Shown: piece after piece, positions 29,230-38,939 of the stretch
How the letters are laid out: every line of letters begins with the position of its first letter
Position numbering within the stretch: the stretch's first letter is position 1
The notes under the pieces: model-generated
The model's database searches: none
Seen by the model: only the letters and a program-made list of their open reading frames with translations
Told to the model about the DNA's origin: nothing
Origin: Anaerolineae bacterium
Lineage (GTDB): Bacteria; Chloroflexota; Anaerolineae; JAAEKA01
Length of the DNA: 64,000 nt
Reading direction: 5' to 3'
Assembly: GCA_049294015.1 (NCBI GenBank)
Contig: JBAQCH010000385.1
Location: 1,111 to 65,110, forward strand
Position numbers and translations under genes: made by a program

Positions 29230-29964
29230 ATGAAAAACCTACACCCATCCCCCCTGCTGGTCTGCCTGAGCCTCGTGCTGGTCGTGGCGGCAGCCTGTTA
29301 CCCGCCGGCCACGCCGGTTCCGCCGAGCACGCCGACCGTCGATCCCGACATCTACAACGTCGTGCCGGACACCACGGTCTATGAGCCAGGCGAGTGCAGC
29401 GCTGTCCTGGACGCGCCGGCCCCGGCCTACAGCTCCAACACGTTAGGCGGCCAGCCCAGCGGCCAGGTGCCAGCCGGCAGCTACGAGGTGGGAGTCGCCG
29501 CCGACTACGGCAGCAGCCTCTGGTTCATGCTCAACGGCGTGGCCGATCCCAACTGGATCAACAGCGCCAGCGCCGCGTCGCTGGAGGGCGTGTGCGCGGC
29601 CGCAGCCAATCCCATTGTGGACATCACGTGGCAGTGGACCAGCGTTCGCAACAGGACGACGGGCGAGGCGACAACGGTCCCCGCCCCGTCGGCCTACACC
29701 CTGATCTTGCGCGACGACGGCACGCTGAGCGGCCAGGCCGACTGCAACAGCTTCACCGGGACCTACACGCAGCAAGGCGGCTTCTTCATCACCCTGGGCG
29801 CGATGACCCTGGCAGCCTGCGGCCCGGACTCGCTGGACCAGCAATATCTCCAGTTGTTGGGATCGATTGCGGCCGGCGGGCCTGACGGCGCCGGCGGCCT
29901 GGCCCTGGAGACGGCCGGCGGCGAGCAGCGCATGGAGTTCGTGAACGGCGGCGCGGCGCAGTAG
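29230..29964 (+). CDS. META/HslJ-like domain lipoprotein (paralog of 46305)
   Basis: lipoprotein signal LLVCLSLVLVVAAAC; C-terminal META domain (ADCNSFTGTYTQQGGFFITLG...QQYLQLLGSIAAGG). Confidence 0.65.
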   Translation: MKNLHPSPLLVCLSLVLVVAAACYPPATPVPPSTPTVDPDIYNVVPDTTVYEPGECSAVLDAPAPAYSSNTLGGQPSGQVPAGSYEVGVAADYGSSLWFMLNGVADPNWINSASAASLEGVCAAAANPIVDITWQWTSVRNRTTGEATTVPAPSAYTLILRDDGTLSGQADCNSFTGTYTQQGGFFITLGAMTLAACGPDSLDQQYLQLLGSIAAGGPDGAGGLALETAGGEQRMEFVNGGAAQ

Positions 29965-30093
29965 CCGCTCGCACAGTGCAAGCTGCCCGACAAGCAACAG
30001 CCGCCAGATCGTCGATCTGGCGGCTGTTGGCTAGCTCAGGGCCAAGGCGGGCTTCACGCCAGTTGTGAAAAGACCTCCGGGTGCTGCTCGGCG

Positions 30094-30315
30094 ATGCGCA
30101 GCAGGGCCTACGAACCCAACCACACCACGCGCAACCGCAGAGCGCTGCGCATCCCCAACTCCCTCGACGCCACATGGGAGTTGCGCTGCGGTGTGAACAA
30201 CCGCTATCGGGTGTTCTACGACGTCGTTGTCGACGAGCGGCTGGTGGTCGTGTTAGCGGTGGCCAGAAAGCTTGGCAACAGGGTGATGATTGGCAACGAG
30301 GAGATCGAACTATGA
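30094..30315 (+). pseudogene. RelE/ParE-family toxin remnant (C-terminal half only)
   Basis: WELRCGVNNRYRVFYDVVVDERLVVVLAVARK matches the RelE C-terminal core; no RelE-like N-terminus in any frame upstream. Confidence 0.5.
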
Positions 30316-30581
30316 AGATTGCCCCTCTGGCTGAAGTGAAGGATCGCTTCAGCGCCTACATCGACGAGAGCCGGGAGCCGCCCGTGGTGGTCACGCGCAA
30401 CGGCCGGCCGGTCGCCATGCTCATCGCCATCGATGAGGAGGATGACCTGGACAGCCTCTTGCTGGTTCACAACCCGCGCTTCCTGCAACTCCTGGAAGAG
30501 GCGCGGCAGCGCATGTGGGTGACGGGAGGGGTCTCGCTGGCCGAGTTTCGTCGCCGGCTGGATGTCGCTGCGGTCGAGTGA
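30313..30581 (+). CDS. Phd/YefM-family antitoxin
   Basis: MKIAPLAEVKDRFSAYIDESREPPVVVTRNGRPVAMLIAIDE...; ATGA overlap with the upstream RelE remnant. Confidence 0.7.
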
Positions 30582-30633
30582 AGCGCTCCAGGTGAGGCAA
30601 TTCGCCTACTTGACGCACCAGTTCTCCGTGACT

Positions 30634-30825
30634 ATGATCAGTTCCATGATTACCACAGTCACCCAGAAGAACATGATTACCATACCCGCCGAGGTTGGAC
30701 GGCGCTTTGGCATCAAGCCAGGCTATCGCCTCGACTGGCAGCCGGTTGAAGACAAGGACGTGATCCTCGTCCGAGTCATCCCCGACCGGGGCGAGCTGGC
30801 GCGGCGCCTGTTGGACGCAGGATAG
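30634..30825 (+). CDS. AbrB/MazE/SpoVT-type antitoxin-like protein (orphan)
   Basis: MITTVTQKNMITIPAEVGRRFGIKPGYRLDW = SpoVT/AbrB swapped-hairpin domain; start position uncertain (ORF opens at 30562). Confidence 0.5.
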   Translation: MISSMITTVTQKNMITIPAEVGRRFGIKPGYRLDWQPVEDKDVILVRVIPDRGELARRLLDAG

Positions 30826-30974
30826 CGCTTCTCGCCTGAGCGCGATGCGGTGGCAGAACTGATCGCTGAACGAGCCAAGGAAGCGTAATCTGCCGTGCGC
30901 TACCGAGCAATCCCTGCTGAGTTGGTGCGCCAGCAGGATTTGGCAGCTTCATCAACCCACGCCTGAGAAATACC

Positions 30975-32609
30975 ATGACAAGCAATCTATCGCAAAAGCC
31001 CGCCAGTTGGTCCGTGATCGCCATGCTGGCCGCCGCGCAGTTCATCATGGTGCTCGACACCACCGTGATGAACGTGTCGATCACCCAGATCGTCGCCGAC
31101 CTGAACACCACCGTCGTCGGCTTGCAGACGGCCATCACCCTCTACACGTTGGTGATGGCGGCCTTCATGCTGATCGGCGGCAAGCTGGGCGACCGCTGGG
31201 GCGCCAAGCGCGCCTACGCAGTCGGCCTGCTGATCTACGGCCTCGGCTCGCTGACCACCGCGCTCTCCCCCAATCTTGCGGTGCTGCTCGTCGGCTGGTC
31301 CTTCATCGAGGGCTTCGGCGCGGTGCTGGTCATCCCGGCCATCGCCGCGCTGACGGCCGCCACCTATCAGGGCCGCCAGCGCGCCATGGCCTACGGCATC
31401 CTGGGCGGCGTGGCCGGCGCGTCGGCCGCGCTGGGCCCGCTGATCGGCGGCTGGGTGACGGCTAACTTCACCTGGCGCCTGGTCTTCGCCAGCGAGACGG
31501 TCGTGGTGCTGGCGCTGATGCTCTTCCTGCGCGCGATCCCCAAGACGGACGGGCGCAAGGGCAAGCTGGACCTGGGCGGCGCGTTCCTGTCGGCCGCCGG
31601 CCTGGGTCTGGCCGTCTTCGGCATACTGCGCTCCAGCCAGTGGGGCTGGATCACGCCCAAGGCGGCCGCGCCGCTGACGTTGCTCGGGCTTTCGCCGGTG
31701 TTCTGGCTGATCGTGGCTGGCCTGGTGCTGCTGGGCCTGTTCGCCCGCCGGGAGGAGCGGCTGATCGAAGCCGGGCAGGAGCCGCTGCTGGACACCCGCC
31801 TGCTGAGCATCCCCCGCCTGCGCGCCGGCCTGACCACCCTGGGCTGCCAGCAGTTCATCATCATGGCCACCTTCTTCGTGCTGCCGCTCTACCTGCAGAC
31901 GGTGCTGGGCTACGACTCCTTGCAGACTGGCATCACCATCCTGCCCCTGTCCATCGGCCTGTTCGTCTTCGCCTTGCTGGGCGCCTCGCTGACGACGCGT
32001 TTTTCGCCGCGCCGCCTGGTCGAGGTCGGCCTGCTGAGCATGCTGGTCGGCGAGGTGCTGCTGATCGGCTTCACCGGGCCGAACCTGCGCTCCGTGGGCT
32101 TCGCCGTGGCGCTGGCGCTGGTCGGCGCCGGCCTGGGCCTGCTGGCCTCGCAGCTTGGCAACGTGATCATGTCCTCGGTGTCGCCTGAGCGCGGCAGCGA
32201 GGCCGGCGGCCTGCAAGGGACAGCGCAGAACCTGGGCGCGTCCCTGGGCACAGCGCTGATCGGCTCGATCCTGATCGCCTCGCTGGTGGGCAACTTCCAG
32301 ACGGCCGTGCTGACCAACCCGGCGCTGGCCGACGTCAGCAGCCAGCTTGCGGCGACGGCCGAGCAGAACGCCAACTTCGTCAGCGCTGCTCAGGTAGAGT
32401 CGGCCGCCCAACAGGCCGGTCTGAGCGCCGAGCAGGTGGACGCCATCGTCACGGAGTACACCGACGCCCAGATCGTGGCGCTCAAGGCATCGTTTGCCGC
32501 CATTGCCCTGTTTGCGCTGCTGGCGCTGTGGTATGTCAGGCGTTTGCCGACACGTGCCGTCGGCGACGAGCCGCCGAATGACCTGGCGCTGGCCGAGGCA
32601 ACCGGGTAA
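30975..32609 (+). CDS. MFS transporter, DHA2 (14-TM drug:H+ antiporter, EmrB/QacA-like)
   Basis: 544 aa; MVLDTTVMNVSITQI..., GGKLGDRWGAKR motif. Confidence 0.8.
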   Translation: MTSNLSQKPASWSVIAMLAAAQFIMVLDTTVMNVSITQIVADLNTTVVGLQTAITLYTLVMAAFMLIGGKLGDRWGAKRAYAVGLLIYGLGSLTTALSPNLAVLLVGWSFIEGFGAVLVIPAIAALTAATYQGRQRAMAYGILGGVAGASAALGPLIGGWVTANFTWRLVFASETVVVLALMLFLRAIPKTDGRKGKLDLGGAFLSAAGLGLAVFGILRSSQWGWITPKAAAPLTLLGLSPVFWLIVAGLVLLGLFARREERLIEAGQEPLLDTRLLSIPRLRAGLTTLGCQQFIIMATFFVLPLYLQTVLGYDSLQTGITILPLSIGLFVFALLGASLTTRFSPRRLVEVGLLSMLVGEVLLIGFTGPNLRSVGFAVALALVGAGLGLLASQLGNVIMSSVSPERGSEAGGLQGTAQNLGASLGTALIGSILIASLVGNFQTAVLTNPALADVSSQLAATAEQNANFVSAAQVESAAQQAGLSAEQVDAIVTEYTDAQIVALKASFAAIALFALLALWYVRRLPTRAVGDEPPNDLALAEATG

Positions 32610-32615
32610 CTGCGC

Positions 32616-34433
32616 GTGGCTGGCAAGCCGGCTGCGTCCTCCGCTATGCCATCAACAGAACAGCCCAACACCAATCCCTTTGCACGCGCTGCGCGGCCCA
32701 GCGGGCTCAGCCGCTGGGTCCCGGCCATCCCCGCGCTGCGCACCTACCAGCGCGCCTGGCTGGCCAGAGACCTGACGGCCGGTCTGGTGCTCACCGCGAT
32801 CCTGGTGCCCGTGGGCATGGGCTACGCCCAGGCCGCCGGCCTGCCCGCGATCTACGGCCTCTACGCCACCATCGTGCCGCTGCTGGCCTACGCCATCTTC
32901 GGGCCGAGCCGCATCCTGGTGCTGGGGCCGGACTCGTCGCTGGCGGCCATCATCGCCGCCACCATCGTGCCGCTGGCCGCCGGCGACCCCGATCGCCTGG
33001 TAGCCCTGGCCGGCGCGCTGGCTCTACTGACAGGCGGGCTGTGCATCCTGGCCGGCCTGGCGCGCTTCGGCTTCATCACCGATCTGCTCTCCAAGCCGGT
33101 GCGCCTGGGCTACCTGAACGGCATTGCGCTGACGGTGATCATCGGCCAGTTGCCCAAGCTGCTGGGCTTCTCCGCCAGCGGCGACAACCTGGTCGAGGAA
33201 GCGATCAGCCTGGTGCAGGGGATCGCCCAAGGTCTGACCAACTGGACGGCCTTTGCCATCGGCGCCTCGTGTCTGGCCATCGTCCTTGTCTTCAAGCGCC
33301 GTTGGCCCAAAATCCCAGGCGTGCTGATCGCCGTGGTCGGCGCGACCGTCCTCGTGGGCCTGCTCGATCTGGCGGCCACGGCCGGCGTCTCGGTGGTGGG
33401 GCCGCTGCCGCAGGGCCTGCCCTCGTTCCAGATCCCCGCTGTTTCCCTGGCCGACCTGAGCGCGCTGGCGGCCGGCGCGATTGCGATTACGCTGGTGTCC
33501 TTTGCCGACACCAGCGTGCTGTCGCGCACCTTCGCGCTGCGCGGCGGCTACGAGGTCGACCAGAACCAGGAGATGATCGCGCTCGGCGCGGCCAACGTGG
33601 CGGCCGGGCTGTTCCAGGGCTTTTCGATCAGCAGCAGCTCGTCGCGCACACCGGTGGCCGAGCAGGCCGGCGCCAAGACGCAGGTCACGGGCGTGGTGGG
33701 CGCGCTGTGCATTGCGCTGTTGCTGCTGTTTGCGCCGACGCTCTTGCAAAACCTGCCCAACGCCGCGCTGGGCGCGGTGGTGATCGCCGCCTGCCTGTCC
33801 CTTGTCGATATCCAGGGCTTCGTGCGCCTGTACCAACTGCGCCGCGGCGAGTTTGTGCTGGCGTTCGTCTGCTTCCTGGGCGTCGCGCTGATCGGCGTGA
33901 TCCAGGGCATCTTCATCGCCATCGGCCTGGCCCTGCTCGGCTTCATCTGGCGCGCGTGGCGGCCTTACGACGCGGTGTTGGGCCGGGTCGAGGGCTTGAA
34001 GGGCTACCACGATGTCACCCGCTATCCCGAGGCCGTCCGCATCCCTGGGCTGGTGCTGTTCCGCTGGGACGCGCCGCTGTTCTTCGCCAACGCCGAGGTG
34101 TTCCGCGACCACGTCCGGCAAGCGATTGCCGTTGCGCCCACCCCGACCCGCTGGGTTATCGTCGCCGCCGAGCCGGTGACCGACATCGACATTACCGCGG
34201 CCGAGATGTTGTCGGCGCTCGACAATGACTTGCAGCAAGCCGGCATCGAGCTGGCCTTTGCCGAGATGAAGGACCCGGTGAAGGATCGGCTGAAGGATTA
34301 TGGCTTGTTCACAAAGCTGGGCGCCGAGCTCTTTTTCCCAACCATCGGACAGGCGGTCAACAGCTACCTGGAGGCGTATCCGGTGGACTGGACCGACTGG
34401 GAAGATGTGCAGCCAGGTTCCGCTGTGCCCTGA
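32616..34433 (+). CDS. SulP-family sulfate/anion permease with C-terminal STAS domain
   Basis: GTG start immediately after MFS stop (alternative ATG at 32646); SulP TM core plus STAS C-terminus. Confidence 0.8.
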   Translation: MAGKPAASSAMPSTEQPNTNPFARAARPSGLSRWVPAIPALRTYQRAWLARDLTAGLVLTAILVPVGMGYAQAAGLPAIYGLYATIVPLLAYAIFGPSRILVLGPDSSLAAIIAATIVPLAAGDPDRLVALAGALALLTGGLCILAGLARFGFITDLLSKPVRLGYLNGIALTVIIGQLPKLLGFSASGDNLVEEAISLVQGIAQGLTNWTAFAIGASCLAIVLVFKRRWPKIPGVLIAVVGATVLVGLLDLAATAGVSVVGPLPQGLPSFQIPAVSLADLSALAAGAIAITLVSFADTSVLSRTFALRGGYEVDQNQEMIALGAANVAAGLFQGFSISSSSSRTPVAEQAGAKTQVTGVVGALCIALLLLFAPTLLQNLPNAALGAVVIAACLSLVDIQGFVRLYQLRRGEFVLAFVCFLGVALIGVIQGIFIAIGLALLGFIWRAWRPYDAVLGRVEGLKGYHDVTRYPEAVRIPGLVLFRWDAPLFFANAEVFRDHVRQAIAVAPTPTRWVIVAAEPVTDIDITAAEMLSALDNDLQQAGIELAFAEMKDPVKDRLKDYGLFTKLGAELFFPTIGQAVNSYLEAYPVDWTDWEDVQPGSAVP

Positions 34434-34707
34434 CGTCGCGCGTCGCAGCCGGCCCCACAACACTGAAAACTGCAAGCGTCTGATAGTTAGGAAGAGACGC
34501 CGCCAGGCCTTGTTGCACTACATACTTTCTACAACTGCATGACACTATCCAAATGCATCGATCCGTGGTAAACTGGCAGCTAATGCGCATGATGGTGCGC
34601 ATTGCCTGGTCTAGCGCGCGGCGAGATCGCTGCGATAGCTTATCGGTTCCCCTGGCAACGGGTCTGCCGTTGCCTTCATTCATGTTACTTTTCTGAAGGA
34701 GTGTTCC

Positions 34708-35109
34708 ATGTCCGCAAGTGCTACCAAACATCGTCCGTTCGGCGCTACTCTGCTGGCCATCCTGGCCGGTATCGCTGCTGTCCTGGCAGCCTTTCATCTG
34801 CTGCAATCGCTGGGTATCCTGCCCTATGTCATCGGCGAGTATTCCGTGCGCGGCTTCAACCTGTGGAACGCGATCATGTGGGGCCTGATGCTCTGGGTCT
34901 GGGTGTGGGTCGCGCAGATGCTGTGGCGGGTCGATCCGCAGGCCTGGCTGTTCCTGGCCGTGATCACCGTCTTCAACCTGGTGCTGAACTTCACCTACCT
35001 GGTGGGCAAGGCCGAATGGTCGGACGTCAGCCTGAGCTTCATCGTCAACGCCGTGATCCTGATCTACATCATGCTGCCGGGCGTGCGCCAGGCCTTCGGC
35101 CAGAAGTAA
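34708..35109 (+). CDS. hypothetical 4-TM membrane protein
   Basis: 133 aa hydrophobic; GAAGGAG RBS. Confidence 0.5.
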   Translation: MSASATKHRPFGATLLAILAGIAAVLAAFHLLQSLGILPYVIGEYSVRGFNLWNAIMWGLMLWVWVWVAQMLWRVDPQAWLFLAVITVFNLVLNFTYLVGKAEWSDVSLSFIVNAVILIYIMLPGVRQAFGQK

Positions 35110-35130
35110 CCGGCCCCGCTCAACCTACGC

Positions 35131-35165
35131 CAAACAGCCACCAAGACCTCATCTTGGTGGCTGTT
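35131..35165. terminator. bidirectional terminator hairpin between convergent genes
   Basis: acagccaccaaga / tcttggtggctgt stem. Confidence 0.5.
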
Positions 35166-35332
35166 GCGTTCTCGACCTATGTCTCCCAGGCAATCCATGA
35201 TCCCCAGACTCTCGCAGGATTCACAGCCTTGATGCAAGAAAAGAGTCGCCCGATCGTCGATCAGGCGACTCTCTTCTTGGAAGCACTTCAAGCAGGTCGG
35301 GCAGCTACAGGTTCGCGACCAGCGCCCGGCTT

Positions 35333-36418
35333 CTAGCTACAACCGCTGCCGACCGCGGCCAGGCTGCTGACGGGCACCCACATGGGCGGGTTGCCCATGG
35401 ACGCTTCAGGCTGGATCATGTACCAGTCCATGCCGTTGTAGACGGTGCGCTGCAGCGCCTGCACCGGGCCGCCAGCCACGAAGTAGCTGACCTGCGGGCC
35501 ACCGGGGTAGGCGTACATCGGCCCGCCTGGCGCGCCGGTGATGGTGCATTGCCCCGGCGAGTACACCACGGTGCCGCCGCCGCCGCTGGACGAGCCGGCC
35601 CCGCTGTAGGTGATGGAGACGCCGGCCCCAGCGTTGACGCCGGGCGATGACGCCTCGATCGCGCCGGGCGTGATGTCGTAGACGTTGACGGTCATGCTGA
35701 CCGACCAAGCGCCCGATCCACCCGTGCCCACGTTCGATCCTTGCAGGGTGGTCGACTTCTGCGCCAGCACGCGGCCCGCGCCGTCCAGCGCCTTGACTAC
35801 AACGTTGCCCTCGGGCAGGCCGCCGCCTGTGCCGCTGACTGTGAAAGTGTTGGGCAGCATAGCGCCCGGCTGGGGATTGCTGATCGTGAGATAGCTCTTC
35901 TGCGCCGGCGGCGCGCTGCTGGCGGTGCAGAGGCCGGGGATGATCAACTGCCGGCCGGGATACACGCCGCCGCCGCCGTTGGCCGCCGAGATCGTCTCCC
36001 AGGGCAGGCCGAAGCGCACGCCGATGGAGTACCAGGTGTCGCCAGCCGCAACCGTATAGACATTGCCGCTGACCGTGCCGTTAGCGTACATACTCGGCCC
36101 ATGGTCGTAGACGCCGCTGCTGCACGTGGTGGGCGGCGGCGCGCTGGTGGCGCAGCGGTTGGGCACGTAGAGCAGCGTGCCGGCAACCAGCACGTTAGGG
36201 TCCGGGCCGATCACGCCCGCGTTCATGTTGTAGACTTCTTGCCAGGTGGTGCAATACTTACTGGCAATCTTGGCCAGCGTGTCGCCCGGCTGGACGACAT
36301 AGGGCACCACCGTGACAGTTTGCGCCGAGGCAGAGGGCGCCAGCGTCAGGCCGATGATGGCGACGAACAGGAACAGCAGGGCCAGCAGAAGGCCCATGCG
36401 CAGGTTTACACGTTTCAT
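35333..36418 (-). CDS. secreted protein with 2 LysM domains, Gmad2-type Ig-like domain and SH3b-like C-terminus
   Basis: signal peptide; LysM motifs (YVVQPGDTLAKIASKY, YTVAAGDTWYSIGVRF); Gly/Ser-rich Ig-like region. Confidence 0.7.
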   Translation of the reverse strand: MKRVNLRMGLLLALLFLFVAIIGLTLAPSASAQTVTVVPYVVQPGDTLAKIASKYCTTWQEVYNMNAGVIGPDPNVLVAGTLLYVPNRCATSAPPPTTCSSGVYDHGPSMYANGTVSGNVYTVAAGDTWYSIGVRFGLPWETISAANGGGGVYPGRQLIIPGLCTASSAPPAQKSYLTISNPQPGAMLPNTFTVSGTGGGLPEGNVVVKALDGAGRVLAQKSTTLQGSNVGTGGSGAWSVSMTVNVYDITPGAIEASSPGVNAGAGVSITYSGAGSSSGGGGTVVYSPGQCTITGAPGGPMYAYPGGPQVSYFVAGGPVQALQRTVYNGMDWYMIQPEASMGNPPMWVPVSSLAAVGSGCS

Positions 36419-36433
36419 GGCGTAGCTCCTCCT

Positions 36434-37486
36434 TTACTGGGCGGCCGGCGCCAGAACAGCGGGCGCCGCGTCCGTGTCGCCGGTGACGGTCAGGCGTCCA
36501 ATGACTACGTTGTCCGGCGTCATGCTGGCGATGTAGACCTTGTAACGGCCCACCACCGGCGCATCGATGTCCACCAGCGGGTTGAGGGTGTCCTCGGTCG
36601 CGTTCAGGTTGCACAGCAGTTGGTTGTCGGGCGTGATCACCGCCAGCGCGCTGTCCTCCCGCGCCTCGAAGAAAATGCGCACGGCCTCCGCGTCGCCGGT
36701 CCAACTGAAGGTGTAGCTGGGGATCAGGCTGATATAGCCCGCGCAGGCCAGTTGGCCGTTCTCGAAGGAGAAGGCCGAGATGTCGCCGCCGCCGGCCGCG
36801 AACTTGCTGATCGGCTCGAAGCCGGGCTGCAGGGCGGCTGCGCCGAAGATGCCAGGCCGGCTAACCAGCAGCGTGGCTGGATCGAGCCGCGGCAACGGCT
36901 GGGCTTGCGGCCGCGCGCGACGGGTCAGCATGGGGCGCAGGTCCAGGTCGGCCAGGGCGAGGTCGTCCATGTCCATGCCCGTGATGCCCAGGAAGCCCAG
37001 CGCCGGCTCACCCTCCTGCGCCGTGCCCACATGGATGTTGTAGGCGCCCTCGGCCGGATTGTCGATCACCAACAGCGGATCGGTAGTGTTCAGGCCAGCG
37101 TCGTCGTTGCAGACGAAGCTGCCGTCGGGCAGTTGCACCACCAGCACCGGGTCGGAATCGCTGTAGCCGAAAAAGGCCAGCCGCTCCGCCTCGCCGGCCC
37201 AGTTGACCACCACGTTGGGCTCGGCGTTGACGAAGCCGTTGCATCCCTCCAGCACGTCACCGGCTGCCAGGTCGCCCGCGCCGATGACCGGCAGAATGAA
37301 GGGGTCGAGGATGAAGCCGGCGCGCAGGTCGATCATGGCACGCGTGACATCGGCCGCCGGGTCAGCCAGCGGCGTGTCAGCTTCTTGCGCGGCCGGTTGG
37401 CCCTGTGTTGCCGCCAGCAGCGGCGTCGCGGCCAGCAGGGCCAACAGCGCAACGCCAGCCAGCATGAGTGCTCGTTTCTTGAACAT
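36434..37486 (-). CDS. secreted protein with two tandem ~150-aa Cys-containing repeat domains, unknown function
   Basis: signal peptide MFKKRALMLAGVALLALLAATPLLAA preceded by AAGGAG RBS; internal duplication (GCNGFVNAEP... / ACAGYISLIP...). Confidence 0.65.
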   Translation of the reverse strand: MFKKRALMLAGVALLALLAATPLLAATQGQPAAQEADTPLADPAADVTRAMIDLRAGFILDPFILPVIGAGDLAAGDVLEGCNGFVNAEPNVVVNWAGEAERLAFFGYSDSDPVLVVQLPDGSFVCNDDAGLNTTDPLLVIDNPAEGAYNIHVGTAQEGEPALGFLGITGMDMDDLALADLDLRPMLTRRARPQAQPLPRLDPATLLVSRPGIFGAAALQPGFEPISKFAAGGGDISAFSFENGQLACAGYISLIPSYTFSWTGDAEAVRIFFEAREDSALAVITPDNQLLCNLNATEDTLNPLVDIDAPVVGRYKVYIASMTPDNVVIGRLTVTGDTDAAPAVLAPAAQ

Positions 37487-37579
37487 CGGGAGCTCCTTTC
37501 GGGAATTGGGTTGGCAATCGAGGAATGCCGGATACACGCCAGCGCGCTGCTCGCGGTTCACCCCGTGCAGTCACTCCAT

Positions 37580-37619
37580 CACCCTGTCACCTTGCCACCT
37601 TGTCACCCTGTCACCCTGA
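37580..37619 (-). promoter_or_regulatory. five tandem octamer repeats (CAGGGTGA/CAAGGTGR on - strand) upstream of 36434 gene
   Basis: tcaccctg tcaccttg ccaccttg tcaccctg tcaccctg, 95-135 nt upstream of the start codon. Confidence 0.45.
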
Positions 37620-37742
37620 GGCTCGGCGAAGGGTCTCCAGCGGGGACGCGCCATGATCGCTGCGCGCCAAACAAATATGGGGCGCTCCAAACCTGAAGCG
37701 CCCCATGTCTCACCGTCATGACGTAGGTGTTGCTAACCGTGC

Positions 37743-38576
37743 TCAGCTAGCCCTGTCAGCCAGCTCCCCGCCGACCGCTTCCAGGGTCGCGCCAGCGCCC
37801 AGATCCATCGAGCCGGCGGCCACTTCGGCCACGCCTTCGACGGCCATCTCGCGAGCGATCTGGCCGGCCGCCTGGGCGACCTCCAGCTCCTCGATGCCGG
37901 ACACGGCATAGCCCAGGCCGGCCATGGCCAGGTCTTCGCTGTGCTGGGCCGCGGCGTCAGCCACAGTCCGGCGCGCCAGACCCTCGACCATCTCGTCTGC
38001 GCCCATCTCGCCGACCTGTGCGCCGATAGACTCCATCGTATTCGCCATCGCGCGCGTTGCGGCGAACTTGATGATCGCGTCCACGGCCAGGTCGCGCAGG
38101 TCATCGCCCTTGTCGGCCAGGAATTCAGCCAGCACGGGCATGTCCAGCATGGCCACCACGTCGGCCGCCACGGCCAACTGGCCGGCGATCGCGCCCATCT
38201 CCATGCCCAGCCGCAGGTCCTCTTCGCTCAGCCCGTGGATCAGGATGCTCTGGACCTCGATGTCCTGCGACGCGGCCAAGATCTCAGCGCCTTGCGCCAT
38301 GTCGGCGGCGCCCGCCGCCCGAACAACTTCGCTCACGAAGGCCGTGCGTTCAGCCATGATCGACAGGTCCTCGGCGCGCGTCAGGTCGCTGGCGCCAGTA
38401 GCCAGAGCCGCCTTGCCCACCATCGCCACCGCCTGCGCGTCGCGCAACGTCTCGACGCCCTCGGCCATGCCGGCGACGCCTGCCAACGCGGTCTCTGTGC
38501 CAACGACCTCAGCCGCCAGGGCCGTATCGGCCAGTTTGTCTTTGCTCACCGAAACACGCTTTGATTTACTTGCCAT
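37743..38576 (-). CDS. Ala/Glu-rich acidic hypothetical protein
   Basis: 277 aa from MASKSKRVSVSK; GGAGAAAT RBS; strong minus-strand codon bias; followed by a terminator hairpin at 37669-37697. Confidence 0.55.
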   Translation of the reverse strand: MASKSKRVSVSKDKLADTALAAEVVGTETALAGVAGMAEGVETLRDAQAVAMVGKAALATGASDLTRAEDLSIMAERTAFVSEVVRAAGAADMAQGAEILAASQDIEVQSILIHGLSEEDLRLGMEMGAIAGQLAVAADVVAMLDMPVLAEFLADKGDDLRDLAVDAIIKFAATRAMANTMESIGAQVGEMGADEMVEGLARRTVADAAAQHSEDLAMAGLGYAVSGIEELEVAQAAGQIAREMAVEGVAEVAAGSMDLGAGATLEAVGGELADRAS

Positions 38577-38939
38577 GGGAATTTCTCCTGTGAAAACTGT
38601 ATCTGTTGCTCGTTCCATATGTTTCAAGACGGACGATAGCTCAAGGATACATCAGGCGCTCGCTAAAGGTAAGCCTCAAAAGGGTGCAATTAAGGTGTAA
38701 ACGCCGGTTGTACAGCGTCAAAAGCGCGGCGGGCTGGCTGGCAGACGGCGGACGACGGGCAGCTTACGGGTGCGCTACAACCTTTTTACATACTTTGGGC
38801 GCTTCAGCGGGCAGGGGAGTTGTGCTATTCTGAAGATGCTATCCCTTTACGCTGCATCTGGCAGTTGTCTGCTTGCAAGGGCGAATTGCTTTGCGAGCCG
38901 TGCTGCCAAGGAAGGCAAAAACCACCAAGGAGTGTTACG

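Noticed and set aside
30987-34475. Minus-strand ORFs (474 aa, 483 aa) opposite the MFS and SulP genes
   Set aside because: Antisense artefacts with Arg/Gly/Asp/His-rich low complexity.
35741-37696. 651-aa plus-strand ORF opposite the two secreted-protein genes
   Set aside because: Extremely Arg/Gly/Ala-rich translation with no start context; the minus-strand genes have signal peptides, RBSs and recognisable domains.
37924-38700. 258-aa plus-strand ORF opposite the Ala-rich protein gene
   Set aside because: Ser/Ala/Arg-rich antisense translation; the minus-strand gene has a good RBS and terminator.
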